Source: Botryllus schlosseri
Taxonomy: Eukaryota
Length of the DNA stretch: 64,000 bases
Reading direction: 5' to 3'
NCBI GenBank assembly: GCA_051294905.1
Contig: CM119373.1
Location: forward strand, 5,644,001-5,708,000
Shown piece by piece: positions 25,737 to 38,600 of the stretch (the stretch's first letter is position 1; every line of letters begins with the position of its first letter). The notes below the pieces were generated by a model, which was not told where the DNA came from, ran no database searches, and saw only the letters and a program-made list of their open reading frames with translations. The position numbers and the translations under genes are program-made.

Positions 25737-26565
25737 CAGGGTTGAGCGGACCTGCTTCATGCGCGAGCCGCGTATAAAAAATCTTAACTTTAAAAGAGCC
25801 ATAACACAAAAAATCAAAAATGCAAAGTCATTACGTCACAATGAAATGCAGGCTATCGAATGAAGTTTGTAGGATAGGACAGCAATATAGGACCTACGAC
25901 GTTGTATATTTTTGTACTTGATGTTTTTGCGGCATATATACCGATTCATGATATTGAAGTTTGTTATTGTGTGGTGATACGGCGCGTCTCCACCTGGGCA
26001 GCAAGGTGTTGAAATCAGACTGATATGACGTCTAAGCAGTGCGGAGCAATTCCTTCAAGTACTGATGAGAATTTAGAGAAGACGACATTTGTTTGGCCAA
26101 ACTCTGCAGTTATTGCGAGCGTTTACAATACAAATGGAAGCGCCGTATTCACCATTGCTCGTCCGGAAATGATTGTGACCTGCGCTGGAGTAATTAATTA
26201 TCAAGTTCGTTGTTGAACACAATTATTTATTATTGATTGATGATCAGACATCCATTGTTGCGGGTGAAACGTTTATGTGAACTCGATTCGCCAGTTCAAT
26301 TGCAAATTATTACCCTGGTAATGCAACCTTCCCTTAAATTTTGTAAGTCTTGCGTAAAATATAAGGAAAGAAACAACACCAAATCAATACGCATATTGTT
26401 AATACGCGATAAAATGCATCACTGTAAAATCAGGCTAAACCTCCCTTGCAAAATCGCGAAACGTATGTGCAATCAAAGAGCCGAAAAGTATGTACAATCA
26501 AAGAGCCGCAATTAAAAGGTTGAAAGACCAACTTGCGGCTCGCGAGCTGCAGTTTGCCCCTCCTG
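25737..26565. mobile_element. hAT MITE just upstream of the collectin first coding exon
   Basis: cagg...cctg termini, subterminal gcgagccgc motifs, TSD gtatacgc/gtataggc (7/8). Confidence 0.8.
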
Positions 26566-26672
26566 GTATAGGCTAACTACACTCCCTGGTAATAACTGTT
26601 TCGCATGGCATGCATTGCAGATCCGTGATTTGAACCATTTTTGTTTTCCAGATCATTTTGAGTCATTGTTGC

Positions 26673-29600
26673 ATGAGGTCGAAATCCAACTCGATGTTGA
26701 TTCTTGTTCTCGCATTGTTCTGGTGCGTGTCGTCGAGTGGCCAACAACATTTGGTTTGCAAAAACATCGAGGATGTTTTTACTGATGATGCACTAGCTGA
26801 AACCCGACCACGTCACAGAGGAATCCAAGGCCCTCCAGGCAAAATGGGTTCAAAAGGCGAACGCGGAATTCGGGGATTACCCGGGACTCAAGGTAGTCCA
26901 GGTAGGGTGGACTACGATCGAGTTGATGCCGTCATAGAAGAGAAAATAACGAATTGTAAGTCTGTCATGAAAGTATTTCAAACTAAAACATGACCACTAT
27001 AGTTCCTTATTTACTTCACAGCCTGGAGTGTAATGAATTCAGCCATTTCCGAACTAAAAAGAAATCTATCAACTCTGTTACCAGGTGTGCATTTACTTTG
27101 TATTGCAATTCATATTTCAGGAAGATATATGGACGAATATGAAATATTTAAAATAGTTTCAATATCATGGAAATAATATAACGAAGGAGGTTATCACCTC
27201 TTCCAACCCCCGGAGTTTATTTTGTTTGTATACGATTTCCGTAAAAAATAAGTCATTATATTTCGCTAATTCCCTACGCATTCCTCGCTTGTTCAGCAAC
27301 ATTTCAGCTGTTGCAGTTGCTGACGTTCTCCACGTTCTTCCCTCGATTTTTCTCTGGCCCTCCTACTAATGATATCAGCTGACAAGTTTCTCAGTCGCTG
27401 AAGTTATTATCCCAGTGTGTACTCCGTAGTGATTTACTGACTTGTGTGCTAGCGATTAAGGTCTGATTATCTTCTCGCGTACTACACGATCTGCCGTACG
27501 GCAAGTAAGGCTTTTGAAAAGCACACATTCATGCCCATCTGTGGCGATCGCGATCACCCGCTGTTATGCCATGGTTAACTACATCTCCGATGTGTTAATG
27601 TATACTGCGTCGTGATACAACAAACCATGAGAAATAGTTGTAACACTCATCACGACGTATCTGTGACGTCACGAACACAAAATATATTACTCAAGGTGAA
27701 ACCCCTTCTTTGATCTCGGCTGGATACGCCACTGGGTACTACTTTAATCTCAGGACGATGACTGCAATCAATTTGGTAAAGTAGTAGATATTCGACTATT
27801 CTGTGTTGATGTCAATATTCGTCCAATTCGTGATCTGCCTTCTCGTGGATCATACAGTGTTGGGATGACTCAAGTCATGACTTGACTCGAGTCAGACTCG
27901 AGTCAACTTTTTCGTATGACTTGACTTGACTCGAGTCACTCTGGAAAAATGACTTGACTTGACTTGACTCGGAGCTTCAAAAATGTGCATTGACTCGTGA
28001 CTCGGAGCAAAATTTACGAGTCAATTTCAAGTCATTAAGTAATCGGTGTCGAATAAATCACTATATCTTGTGTCTGTTCGGATTGTTCGAGATACGCCGG
28101 TGTCACTTGTGAGAACAACCAGTCATTCACTGATTGTACATGACAAGATTCCTCCATTGTTACATCACAAATAAATTGACGGCAAAGTAGAAAATTAATC
28201 TAAATAGCAATGTGTCTCTGTTTCTTAGACTGCTCAATGCTTACGTTGCCCATTGCTCAGATTTACCAATCCTCTTGTATGATTTAAATCGAACGAATGT
28301 ATTGTGTGCGTTTATATTTTCACGGACGTGTAGATGGGTAGTGTAGGCTATTGTACCGTATCAATTTGTTTCAACTTCTCGAAGATTCGTATTAGGTCCT
28401 ATATTTTGGCTGATAAGAACTGACTGTAGTATGTAGCTGTACAGTGTACAGTGTACAGTTACTCACATATTTTATTAGAAGTTCTACTTGTGCCTGACGG
28501 ATACAGAGTCTTTTTGCATGTATATTTAACTAGATATTTGTTATTTGATCAGGATAAATCATTAATTAATCCGTCTTTCACACAGTTAGCAAAATGAATG
28601 ACTTCGAATCATCACTCATACTTGAATTGTGACTTGACTCGTGACTTGACTTGACTTGACGCAACTTGACTCGAGTCACCTCCAAAAAACTAGTGACTTG
28701 ACTTGACTCGAGTCACCTTTGAAAATCGATTGACTTGACTTGACTCGAGTCAAAATCTGCAATGACTCGAGATGACTCGTGACTCGAAAGTAGTGACTTG
28801 ATCCCAACACTGGGATCATATGGAAAATCAAGATTCATGGATTGCTTGCTCCTTATTTGTCGTTATTTAAACATCTTCTAGCACTATGGCATGCTGATTC
28901 CGAACATAATTTCGAGACTTTGATTATTTTCCTTCATGCAGGGCTTTGGAGCCGGAGCCGGAGCCCCGGAATCGGGCATTTTCGCCGGAGCCGGAGATCT
29001 ACATAAAATTCGGCCGGAGCCGGAGCTGGAGTCCTTTATTTGAGGAGTAGCTCCGGATCCGACGTATTTCATAAGATGCTATTATATATGCAGCACCACA
29101 TCTGCTGATTTATCATAATTGAACAGCAGGCCTGTGCGCAGCAATGGTATAGCGCAGGGGTGTCAAACATACGGCCCGCGAGCCGCATCCGGCCCGCCAG
29201 ACGATTTCATCCGGCCCGCGAAGCAATTCTGAGTAGAGTGAAAAATTCTTATATTTTCCAGCACATTGGTAAAAAATGTTGAGATTTTTGCAGGAAATAC
29301 TACCAAGTTCGTAGGTCCCATAATAACTACTCGACTACGACGCTGTGGTTTCAGTTTAGTTATCTCTATAGGCTAGTAACAAGTCGGTGAAATAAATATC
29401 CAATTTCAAAAAGGGAAAAAGTGCACACTAAGTTAAGAGTTTTATACAAATATAGACCTAAAAGTAGTTATTCACAGAAGGAAAAACGCCAATGCGGAAC
29501 TGTCATAGGCAGTTTACATGGAAAATATGTTAGACCACAAATATATAATTAGAATATCTATGATCGCACTGCTGTGTCACTTTCAAAAAGAGCCCGGCCG

Positions 29601-32600
29601 ATTATCGGCTCGCCGATAATATCGAGTCGATATCATGCTTGGAGAGAAATATCGGTATCGGCCATTGAAGGTAAAAAATATCGGCCATTTTGGTGACGTC
29701 ACAACATGGTGGCAGGGAGTCAAGAGAAGTCGGTGAAAGACGTGAGGATGGTCAATTATAAAAATAAATGGCCAAGCTGCATATAGTGCATACTGCATAC
29801 AGGGCAGTCGGCGTGTCTTTCCGAATATTATAGATAACTAACCACCGTTACGCCCCATTGACTTCGTGTGAATCCCCCTGCAGTAATCGATCACCAAAGA
29901 CAGAGAGCAGCTGGATGGATAGTTGTCTGCAGAAGATTTCAATCAGTAAGAGAAATGAGAACTTCAATCATGCTGGACTGACCCTCGTAATGATAGAGAA
30001 AAGCGTCGCGTCGAAACATTTCCCGGTTGGGTACCAACAGAGCTAATTATACAAGTAATGTGTGAAGTCGTCTGACTGAGGCCTGCGGCCGCGGGGCCAC
30101 CATGATAGGAAATATGCGAGCGTAGAGGGCAAGAAAATCAAGCAAACGTGGAATAAAGCCAGTAATTGATACGAAAATTTTTGATTCCATGATGACATTG
30201 GCCAATTCTGACAAAAGAGTGTAAAATATTGATCATTTGATTGTTGAAATGCTGGTCAAAGGCCCATGGGGGATGGGTGAAGCAGTTGCAGGCGTGGACA
30301 ATTTGAGTTGTTTTGCACATTCTCATCAGCTATTTGTTAATGATGTGCTGAAGGATCCAGGTGCATTGTCAGAAGAATATCAATATCAATATTTGGTTAA
30401 ACCATTGAAGGAAAGATCCCCTGCAAGGGAGCGGTGGAACCGAAATGAAGAAAGATTTCCTGCTGTGCCACTAACTATGCTACCAAGTGAAAGACTGCTC
30501 ACTGTGTTTAGTACTATATACATCATCTATGGAAGACCACAGAAGTTCACTCCTTGGAGAAAGGGCCGAGAAATTGTGCTTCGTGAACTGTAATCCGCAA
30601 CTGCTGGATTGGTGCTATCGATACATTTTTTTAGCTCCTTGATCATTTATTTAATGTTCAAGCATATCAATGGCTGTAAAGTTGTTGAAAGAAATGCTCT
30701 GAGGTGTTAAATATGGGCCTTGAGCTAGATTCCATATCTTTTGAATATCGGCTGAATATATCGGGGTTATCGGTGGAGGTACTGGATATCGGTCTTATCG
30801 GTATCGGCTCAGAAATGCAATATCGGTCGGGCTCTACTTTCAACCCACTACATCCCCAGACATGAGAGAAACGCGACTCGCGGTTTCATAATAATAAACC
30901 AAATTTCAACGTTCGCGTTTCCAATCAAATATCTTGTATTCCTCACAACGTATATGCAGGGCTAACGCCAGATTACGACTAAATCAAAGGGAGCATAGAA
31001 TATGGCAAGTTACATCGTTGTTAACACCATTGTTCTAGCGGACAGTCATAGCATTTCTGTCAATTGCATTGTTCGCGAACAATGATGTTGCGACTTCTTA
31101 CTTTAAAAACCCTATGATCCGTGTATTATCTATATATGCTTTCGAGGTATTCAAAAGCAAGAGCACAAGGTAAAATTTTGTAAACAGTTGACTCGTCCGG
31201 CCCGCGAGCGATTTGAAGACATGAATCCGTCCCGCGACGCAATTTGAGTTTGACACCCCTGGTATAGAGTAAAGTGCGTTCTAGTGCAACTATTATGTTA
31301 TCGACAATTGACAAGTATTCATTATGACGTCACAAGCCAACACGGCGGCACCTATGTGTTTGTTGCTACATAGGATGTTACTGACGGCTGACAGACTCTA
31401 GATCAGTGCTCTTCAAGCGGGATTGTACACTCTAGGGTGTACCAGAATTTGCAAAGGGTGTACCACTGGGATGGGGTGTACAGGGGTGTACCAGATCCGT
31501 ATTACAATGAGCCGATGGCTAGCTATCACAAAGGCAGATTTATGGGTCAGTTCAGGTTGATGCACAGGTTAATGAGCAATATGGTACGATGTTATCTCAA
31601 GTGTAATACTGTACACCACATGATTGTGATGTCATAGGCCAGGGGTCGCCAACTCAAAATAGGTCGCGGGCCACTTTTCCAAATTCCTGGAGGCCGCGGG
31701 CCGCATGACATCAATATCGATATAAAAGTAGGCAACGCAGTTCAACAACCACGTCTGATAACTCTACGTTATTACAACGCTGTGCTTTCTAACATAGGCG
31801 ACGGTTATAGTCACCACAAAATAACTAATATTTTATTGAACAAACACAAATACAACAAAAAGTATCATGATCATCAATGTCATTATATTTTGGACTATGA
31901 GCTGTACACGATACCTGACAATGACAACAGTCTTTAGCCGCTAAAACAGGGGTGGCCAACATTTTTGTAATTCACGGCCGCATTTCGCGTACTCATGTAG
32001 CCTGCGGCCGCATACCGGTGGTTAGTCGTGATAAACTAGCTGGGGCCAAATACCCACGTTATCATGTCCATGTCCATTGCCGGTACACTCCGAACTAATC
32101 TATATGCACATATCGGCTTACTATGCGCACCAAATCGTTAGTAGTTATGTTGTAAAGAGTCACAGAGAACCAATCTGTAGTCGCGCAAAGCGCGAAAAAT
32201 TTTTCATGTTCATGAGTGAATTTCGTCAATAAATATTAGTATAGTTTCACATATTACTATAAAATACTCATCCTTTCTCGGCCAATGTGATCAGATTCCC
32301 AGATACAGCTGATGCAGGGGGTATCTGCGAAAACTTAGGGTTGTTATTACAAGTGTCGACAGCCGCATAATTTTCCTTCTACTGCTGCAGTTTGGCCAGC
32401 CATGGATTGAAGAATCAATATTGGGGTTAGCTATACACGGTAGGCCTACTTGCTAGACAACTATCTCCTCGTAAAGCATGGTCTTTTGGAGCGCCCGAAG
32501 TCGTTTTGCAGGCGTCTCGGTCTTGGCAGTGGTGGGCCATTGCACGTCAAGGCAATATGCCCATTCGTACCAGCAAATTCTTCATCCATGGAATGATATT

Positions 32601-35600
32601 ACCATGCCGAAGCCGTATCAACTAGTGAGTAATAGTGATAGTGGGCACATAGAATGGCTCACTTTGAAAAACAACAACATTATGTTTCAACTGAAATCAA
32701 TTTTAGCGTTTCAATATGATTTACTAAGCGTTTTTCTGAATTTTTTTCAAATCAGGTCGCGGGCCGCAAAATAGGACCTCGCGGGCCGCATGCGGCCCGC
32801 GGGCCGCGTGTTGGAGACCCCTGTCATAGGCAAATATTTCTCCTATTCATTTAGCCGTCGGCAATAGATCAATGTTTCTGTTTGGTGTTGGAAAGTATGC
32901 TGTGAACAAACATGTCTTCAGCTAGTCTTTGTCTTTTAGTGATTTTTGAGGAAACCGCCGCGGTAGCTCAGACTTCTTGGATCGGTCCCGACGTTAACAA
33001 ATACCGCAATGCACATAAATGAAGTGACGTAGCCAAGCCAGGGTCGAAACAGCTTCCATGTTGAAATCGAAACCCTTTTGTTTTAAAATGCCAATTTTAT
33101 GTCTGATATTTCGCCATACAATTATAATTTAGTATTTTGTTATTAGTGATGCAAATTCGCGACAATAGACCTAGTATAGCGGCATACGATCTGAAGTTAC
33201 TGACATCTCTTGCAACCCATGTGCTACTATCGACTGTGTGTGGTGTGGGGCAGGCCTGTTACGCAGTAGGCTGGTGCGCCTGCTATCATCGCTGCTCTGA
33301 ATTACCGCTTCTGCAGCAGTAGCTTTACCTACTCTCTCCCCAATACTGTTACATTTACGTTGATTATCGTTCGTAATGTCATGCTGTTTTTCGGCTGACA
33401 CGGAATAAATTCCAATTTGCGTGGCGGGCGGCCTAACTGGCTGCGAATAGACTCTGACCAAATATTAATTTATTCAAATCCAATTTTTTTTTTTACGGCA
33501 ATAAATCTGCTTCTACTGGTTGGAATTGAACCAAATTTGAAGAACATCGTTTTATAGACAACCTAATACTTTCATGGGGTGAACAGAAAAATTTCAAATT
33601 TTTCGTTATTTATTTTTATATAATAAATAGAAACTTTCTTCTCCCGTAGCAATGCGGCTACTGGTTGGAATTGAACCAATTTTGGTGTGTGGGCTTAAGC
33701 TAGGTAACCTAACAGTTTTATCAAGTAGCCAGTACGATTTGAGAAAAAAAGTCATTTTTGAAGACCCCTAATGAACAGGGGTGTACGAGTTTTGAGCAAA
33801 CGTTAAAAGAGTGTACCACGCCGAAAAAGGTTGAAGAGCACTGCTCTAGATTACTGTACATAACTAACCTATGGGTAGATTAGTGATCTATATAGACTAC
33901 GAATGGCCAACCTTTTCGGCTAAAGGGGCACATTCAATTGACGAACGAGTGCGCGGTCCACTAGCCGCGCCAAGCGGGTAAAATTTTCAAAGTTTATAAA
34001 TAAACTAGGTCAATAATATTATTACTTGAGTATATTGCGGGTTTACTGTATACCGCCCGCTAGGCTCGGTTTGCAAGGACAGGACAATTCGGCGTCAGGC
34101 CACATCGATATCAAAGATCTCCGATAATATGCGACAATCATTTTCTGCCTACATTTCACCGTCGACGATATTTATGCGAGCGCAAGCGCGAAAAGACTTT
34201 CTCCCGTAATTGCGAATACAGTTAGACTCAATCGGGTGAATTAGGCGTTTTTTTTTTCATTTTCAGTAGGGGCTAGGCTACCAAGCAAGAAATCGTGTGA
34301 CAATTAAACACGCGAAGCGTGAAGAAAAATTTCGCTACCCTTTTAGTTTATTTTAATATACGACGATTTAGTGAAAATGTGACTGGGCCCGGGATCTGCC
34401 AATGCGTCGGAACTGATTTCAGTCATCAACATCCCAAGTGTCGCAGCCAGACTTGTAATTTTCGGTTGGCATTGCAAGTTCACAATCTGAGCGATTCATT
34501 TTCGATAATATAATAGGAAATTACCTCGCGGGCCACGCAAAACCCTCTTGCGGGCCACATTTGGCCCGCGGGCTGGCCACCCCTGATATAGACAGGCCCA
34601 TTCGATAATTTTAGAGCCGGAGCTGGAGCCGGAGCAGTGGTAATAATGCGGCTCCGGAGCTGGAGCCGGAGCTAATGTATGATAGAAGAAAGCACCGGAG
34701 CCGGAGCTAGAGCAGTTTAAATTTACGGCTGCTCCAAAGCCCTGGCTGCATGGCATCCGTTCAGCTCTTCTAAGACTACAAGTGGACCTTGCTGGGTTTG
34801 ATATTTTGCACTTGCAATGATATGATTTAGTTTACTTGAAACAAATGAGGAAAATAAAGACAGGGTTATCAGATTTGTCCTTATTATAAAAACCGATGTC
34901 TCATAAAACTACGTTGCCTTAGTTACTAACTTGTTGACTCAATGAAATCATTGCTTACCTAATGTGTGGACCAGACATGGGGTAATCGTGATTAGTAATC
35001 GTAATCGATTACGACGATTACAGCATTTCCAAGTAATCGTAATCGCAATCGATTACATTCGAAAAAAATCCGAAGTAATCGTAATCGTAATCGACTACTT
35101 CACATATCTAATCGATTTCTTTGTGAAAGAACGATTACTTTTCATTTGTGCAATGCCCATGACATGAACTGAACTATTCATGAGCATTGAGCATTGAGCA
35201 AGGAAGAGTGTGAAAACAGGATTTAGATAGCAGAAATGTCTGGTTTTCAAACGCCTCTATAATCATTATTACGTCACAAGTATTAGCTTGGTTTTTGATT
35301 GCGTAACGAATTATCCGCACGTAGTAAATAGATATTCGATGTAAATAATGTAGTACTGTGATTGTAAGAACACCCGCTGTGGATTATGTCACTGCACTGA
35401 TCATTACACTGCACACGCCACTACCTCGCAGCAGGATAATAATCACCACACGGCCTGGTTTAGTTTCGAATAGCAACGTATATGTACAAATTGTAGGCTA
35501 CATTGTACAATGTATAGATGTTTTGTTATGCTTAGGTAAACGCAATCTGACCGTAGCTGATTGGCGAGCGGTAGGCCTATTTACGTATACAATGGACAAC

Positions 35601-38600
35601 GATTTGAAATTTTGTACCCGTCAAATTAAACATGACAATTTCTACATCGAAGCATTAAAAACCAGGCTGCTGATAAAAAAATCATAACCGAGCCGTTATT
35701 TTCCGTTACTCGTATAACGGCAGATCGAAATAGCCTATATGTATTAAGTGGATTGCAGTCAGAAGTTGATGTTTACCTTATCATATTCTCATACGGCCCT
35801 ATACTTAAAACGGGCAACAATTGTTCCTTCGCAATTTTATACTCATCATTCGGATATGCCACTAGCCATCACCTTACGCACCATGTTAGCGTGGATTTCA
35901 GCTAGAATCAGTACCGAAACAGCACTTCGCCACCGCCATTCTCACAAATGGTGATCTTGTGCTCCCCATAAGGCGATCAATAAAGCTTGTGGCGGGCGAA
36001 GTCCCCCAGAACCCCCTTAAAGGCCAGGCTTTTCACAAGAACTGGAAAACACGATTTGATGCGATGGATCCGCTGTGAATTTGCTGTCAAGTCGCGCCAG
36101 GCGCGAATATTTAGGCACATAATTTACGACTATAACTTTATTGTATGGTGTTAACTCGTGACCTCCTGTCTGCTATATAGTCATCAGATATTGGAGTCGC
36201 CCAAACGTAGCGGACGAAAAGAAAACTAAACGAAAAACTTTTGTGAGACGCACCAAAAATTGTCATTTATGCACGTGGTTCATCATTTTCCTCAGTGAGT
36301 GCCCCCGGTGGCATTTGTATTGTGGGGCTGAGATTGAAAAGAATATTCTTCGCGACCATCCAGCGCGGCTATGGACAATGGACAAATACACAATGTTTCG
36401 GCCAATGTAGCATGTCTTGTTGTGTTGCGGCGCGGTATTGGCTGGCACCGAAATGCCTATTTCTGTGTGAATCATGCCATGGTATATTATGTCATACACA
36501 GGAAATGACGTCATTATATCTCATTTAAAAATAAAGACCTTCTCTCATGAGGCCTTTTCATCACATTGTTGTCTTCCAAAGATAACTTCTCAGAAGCAAA
36601 ATGAATGTAATCGTGAGTAATCATGATTACTTTTCCAAAGTAATCGTAATCGTAATCGACTACTCGCGGATTTTGCTGTAATCGTAATCGTAATCGTAAT
36701 CGCGTGATTCATGAGTAATCGTAATCGCAATCGATTACATTCATGAAGTAATCACCCCATGTCTGGTGTGGACACACATTTCCTCCAACTTATATCCAAA
36801 GTATGAATTTGAATTTAGAATGGCAAGAATTGAAGTCAATGTTTACCGAAATGAAAAGGAAACACGAAGAGGCAGCAGCGGCGGCAGCAGCAGGTTAAAA
36901 TCTGAACCAAACTTTCGCTTTTGGCTTCCGTATCCATATTTATCAACCATTCTGAATAATAATTGGAATCGACCTCTCACGGTAATTATGCCAAATTCTT
37001 TTGGCAAAATGTGTCAGCATTAATGGCAGATAAATATGTCGATGTCGCGTGTAGGCCTACTACACATCTAGTCACTTTACAAAACAATTATGTCACGAAG
37101 ACATGCAACCATATGTCCAACAGGGTTCATTTTTTGTTGCTGCAGAAGATTTGCTGTGACATCACATCATAGAATCGAAAATTAACCACTTCCAATCGAT
37201 CAAAATTAAACAGTGAATACAAACATGTCGATATCATGATAATCGTGATTGTACAGTTCTGTAAACGGAGCTATGCCACACGTAAAATTGTCGGATTATT
37301 TGAAATTCGCCGCAACTTCAATTACTTCATCTTAATTTCCGAAATAAGTTTTGCAACGTCGAGATCACTCTCCAATCGCGGAATGGGGTTGCGACCTTTA
37401 CCGATGTGGCGAGATAGCGCAGTGGTATAATCCGCGGCTGCAACACCAATGGGTGCGGGTTCTAGTCCGACCGAGGTCGACTTCCGAATTGCGACACCTA
37501 AGTGTTGGAGGTTTACCTAGGCTCCTCCTCGCCACCTCATCCGCGACAGTGGTGTCTTACAAAAGCCTAAAGGTGGGCCGTGCTATAAGTCGGCACTTAC
37601 GGAAAAATAATGATAATATCGGCCTGGTGTAAATAACCATAGTAGTCGACAAACACCATGAATACCCCAAAAAACACACAAAAAAACCTTTACCGATGCT
37701 ACCGAAAAGAACCAAGCAGGAAACTGCTCGCCACTTCTCGCCATATCACAGACCAGTTAATTCTTGACTTCATCAAAAATCATTAATGTTGCAAACCAAG
37801 CATTGTACAATGTACATCCTGCACACCCGAAAGGGTGCTATGACTTAAGTCAGGGCAATTTAAAGTCTTATGTTGCTCTTCAACCAGATTTCGAAAACAA
37901 TCATTTGAAGTGACCATACAGTTGTCGATAACATTGCTAGTCTCTGTGATCTAGTTTCAATCTTAAGCGGCCTAACCTCACCAACTCACTCTCTCTCATT
38001 GTCGCCCTTTGTCCAACCTAAAGCTTTGGTAAAAACGAAGTCCTGCAAACAATTCTGCGACAGCGAACAGAATTGCGTAATACAAGGGTTGGAACACGTT
38101 CTATTTTCACACCCTGCTATAGTTACAACTCATACCAAAAATTACCATAGTTTTCGTGGGAGGGATCACAGGAAGCGCGAATAATATGTTGCAACAAAAT
38201 AATAAATGCAGCCAGAATCAATCAGGCAAAATTTATCCGAATAAACAAAACAAGTTTAAATCTCCGATAATCCCTATCCTAGGCTTACCATGTATTGGAA
38301 ATGTAAAAAGAGGACACTTTTTCAGAAATTTGCAAGATGCAAAACCGGAGTAGAATTCTCAAAAACTGGTGAATTTTTCCCACTTTGTGGTCGGTTGACA
38401 AAAAAAAAGTCATCACTTCCGCTCAGAGCTCAAAATACCGTTTATTTCTCCACGTTGCCAGGTGGATGAATAGAAAAAAAAAGTCATCTTTCCGCTCAGA
38501 GCTAAAATCAGCGTTTTTCACTCCGAAATACCCGCCGGAGCTTCTCTTCTGTGCCTCTTTGCGGCATACCACTTGCAATTTGCTCTAAATCTTACTTAGA

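Larger units (their letters stand above)
31404..33843. mobile_element. hAT MITE (nested)
   Basis: TIR cagtgctcttcaa. Perfect TSD ctctagat. ggtgtac repeats. Confidence 0.92.
28939..34744. mobile_element. hAT MITE with ggagcc arrays, expanded to 5.8 kb by nested insertions
   Basis: TIR cagggctttggagc. TSD ccttcatg/gctgcatg (6/8). Confidence 0.85.

Noticed and set aside
37407..37480. Possible tRNA gene
   Set aside because: No clean cloverleaf or terminator. Continues into a SINE body with tail and TSD.
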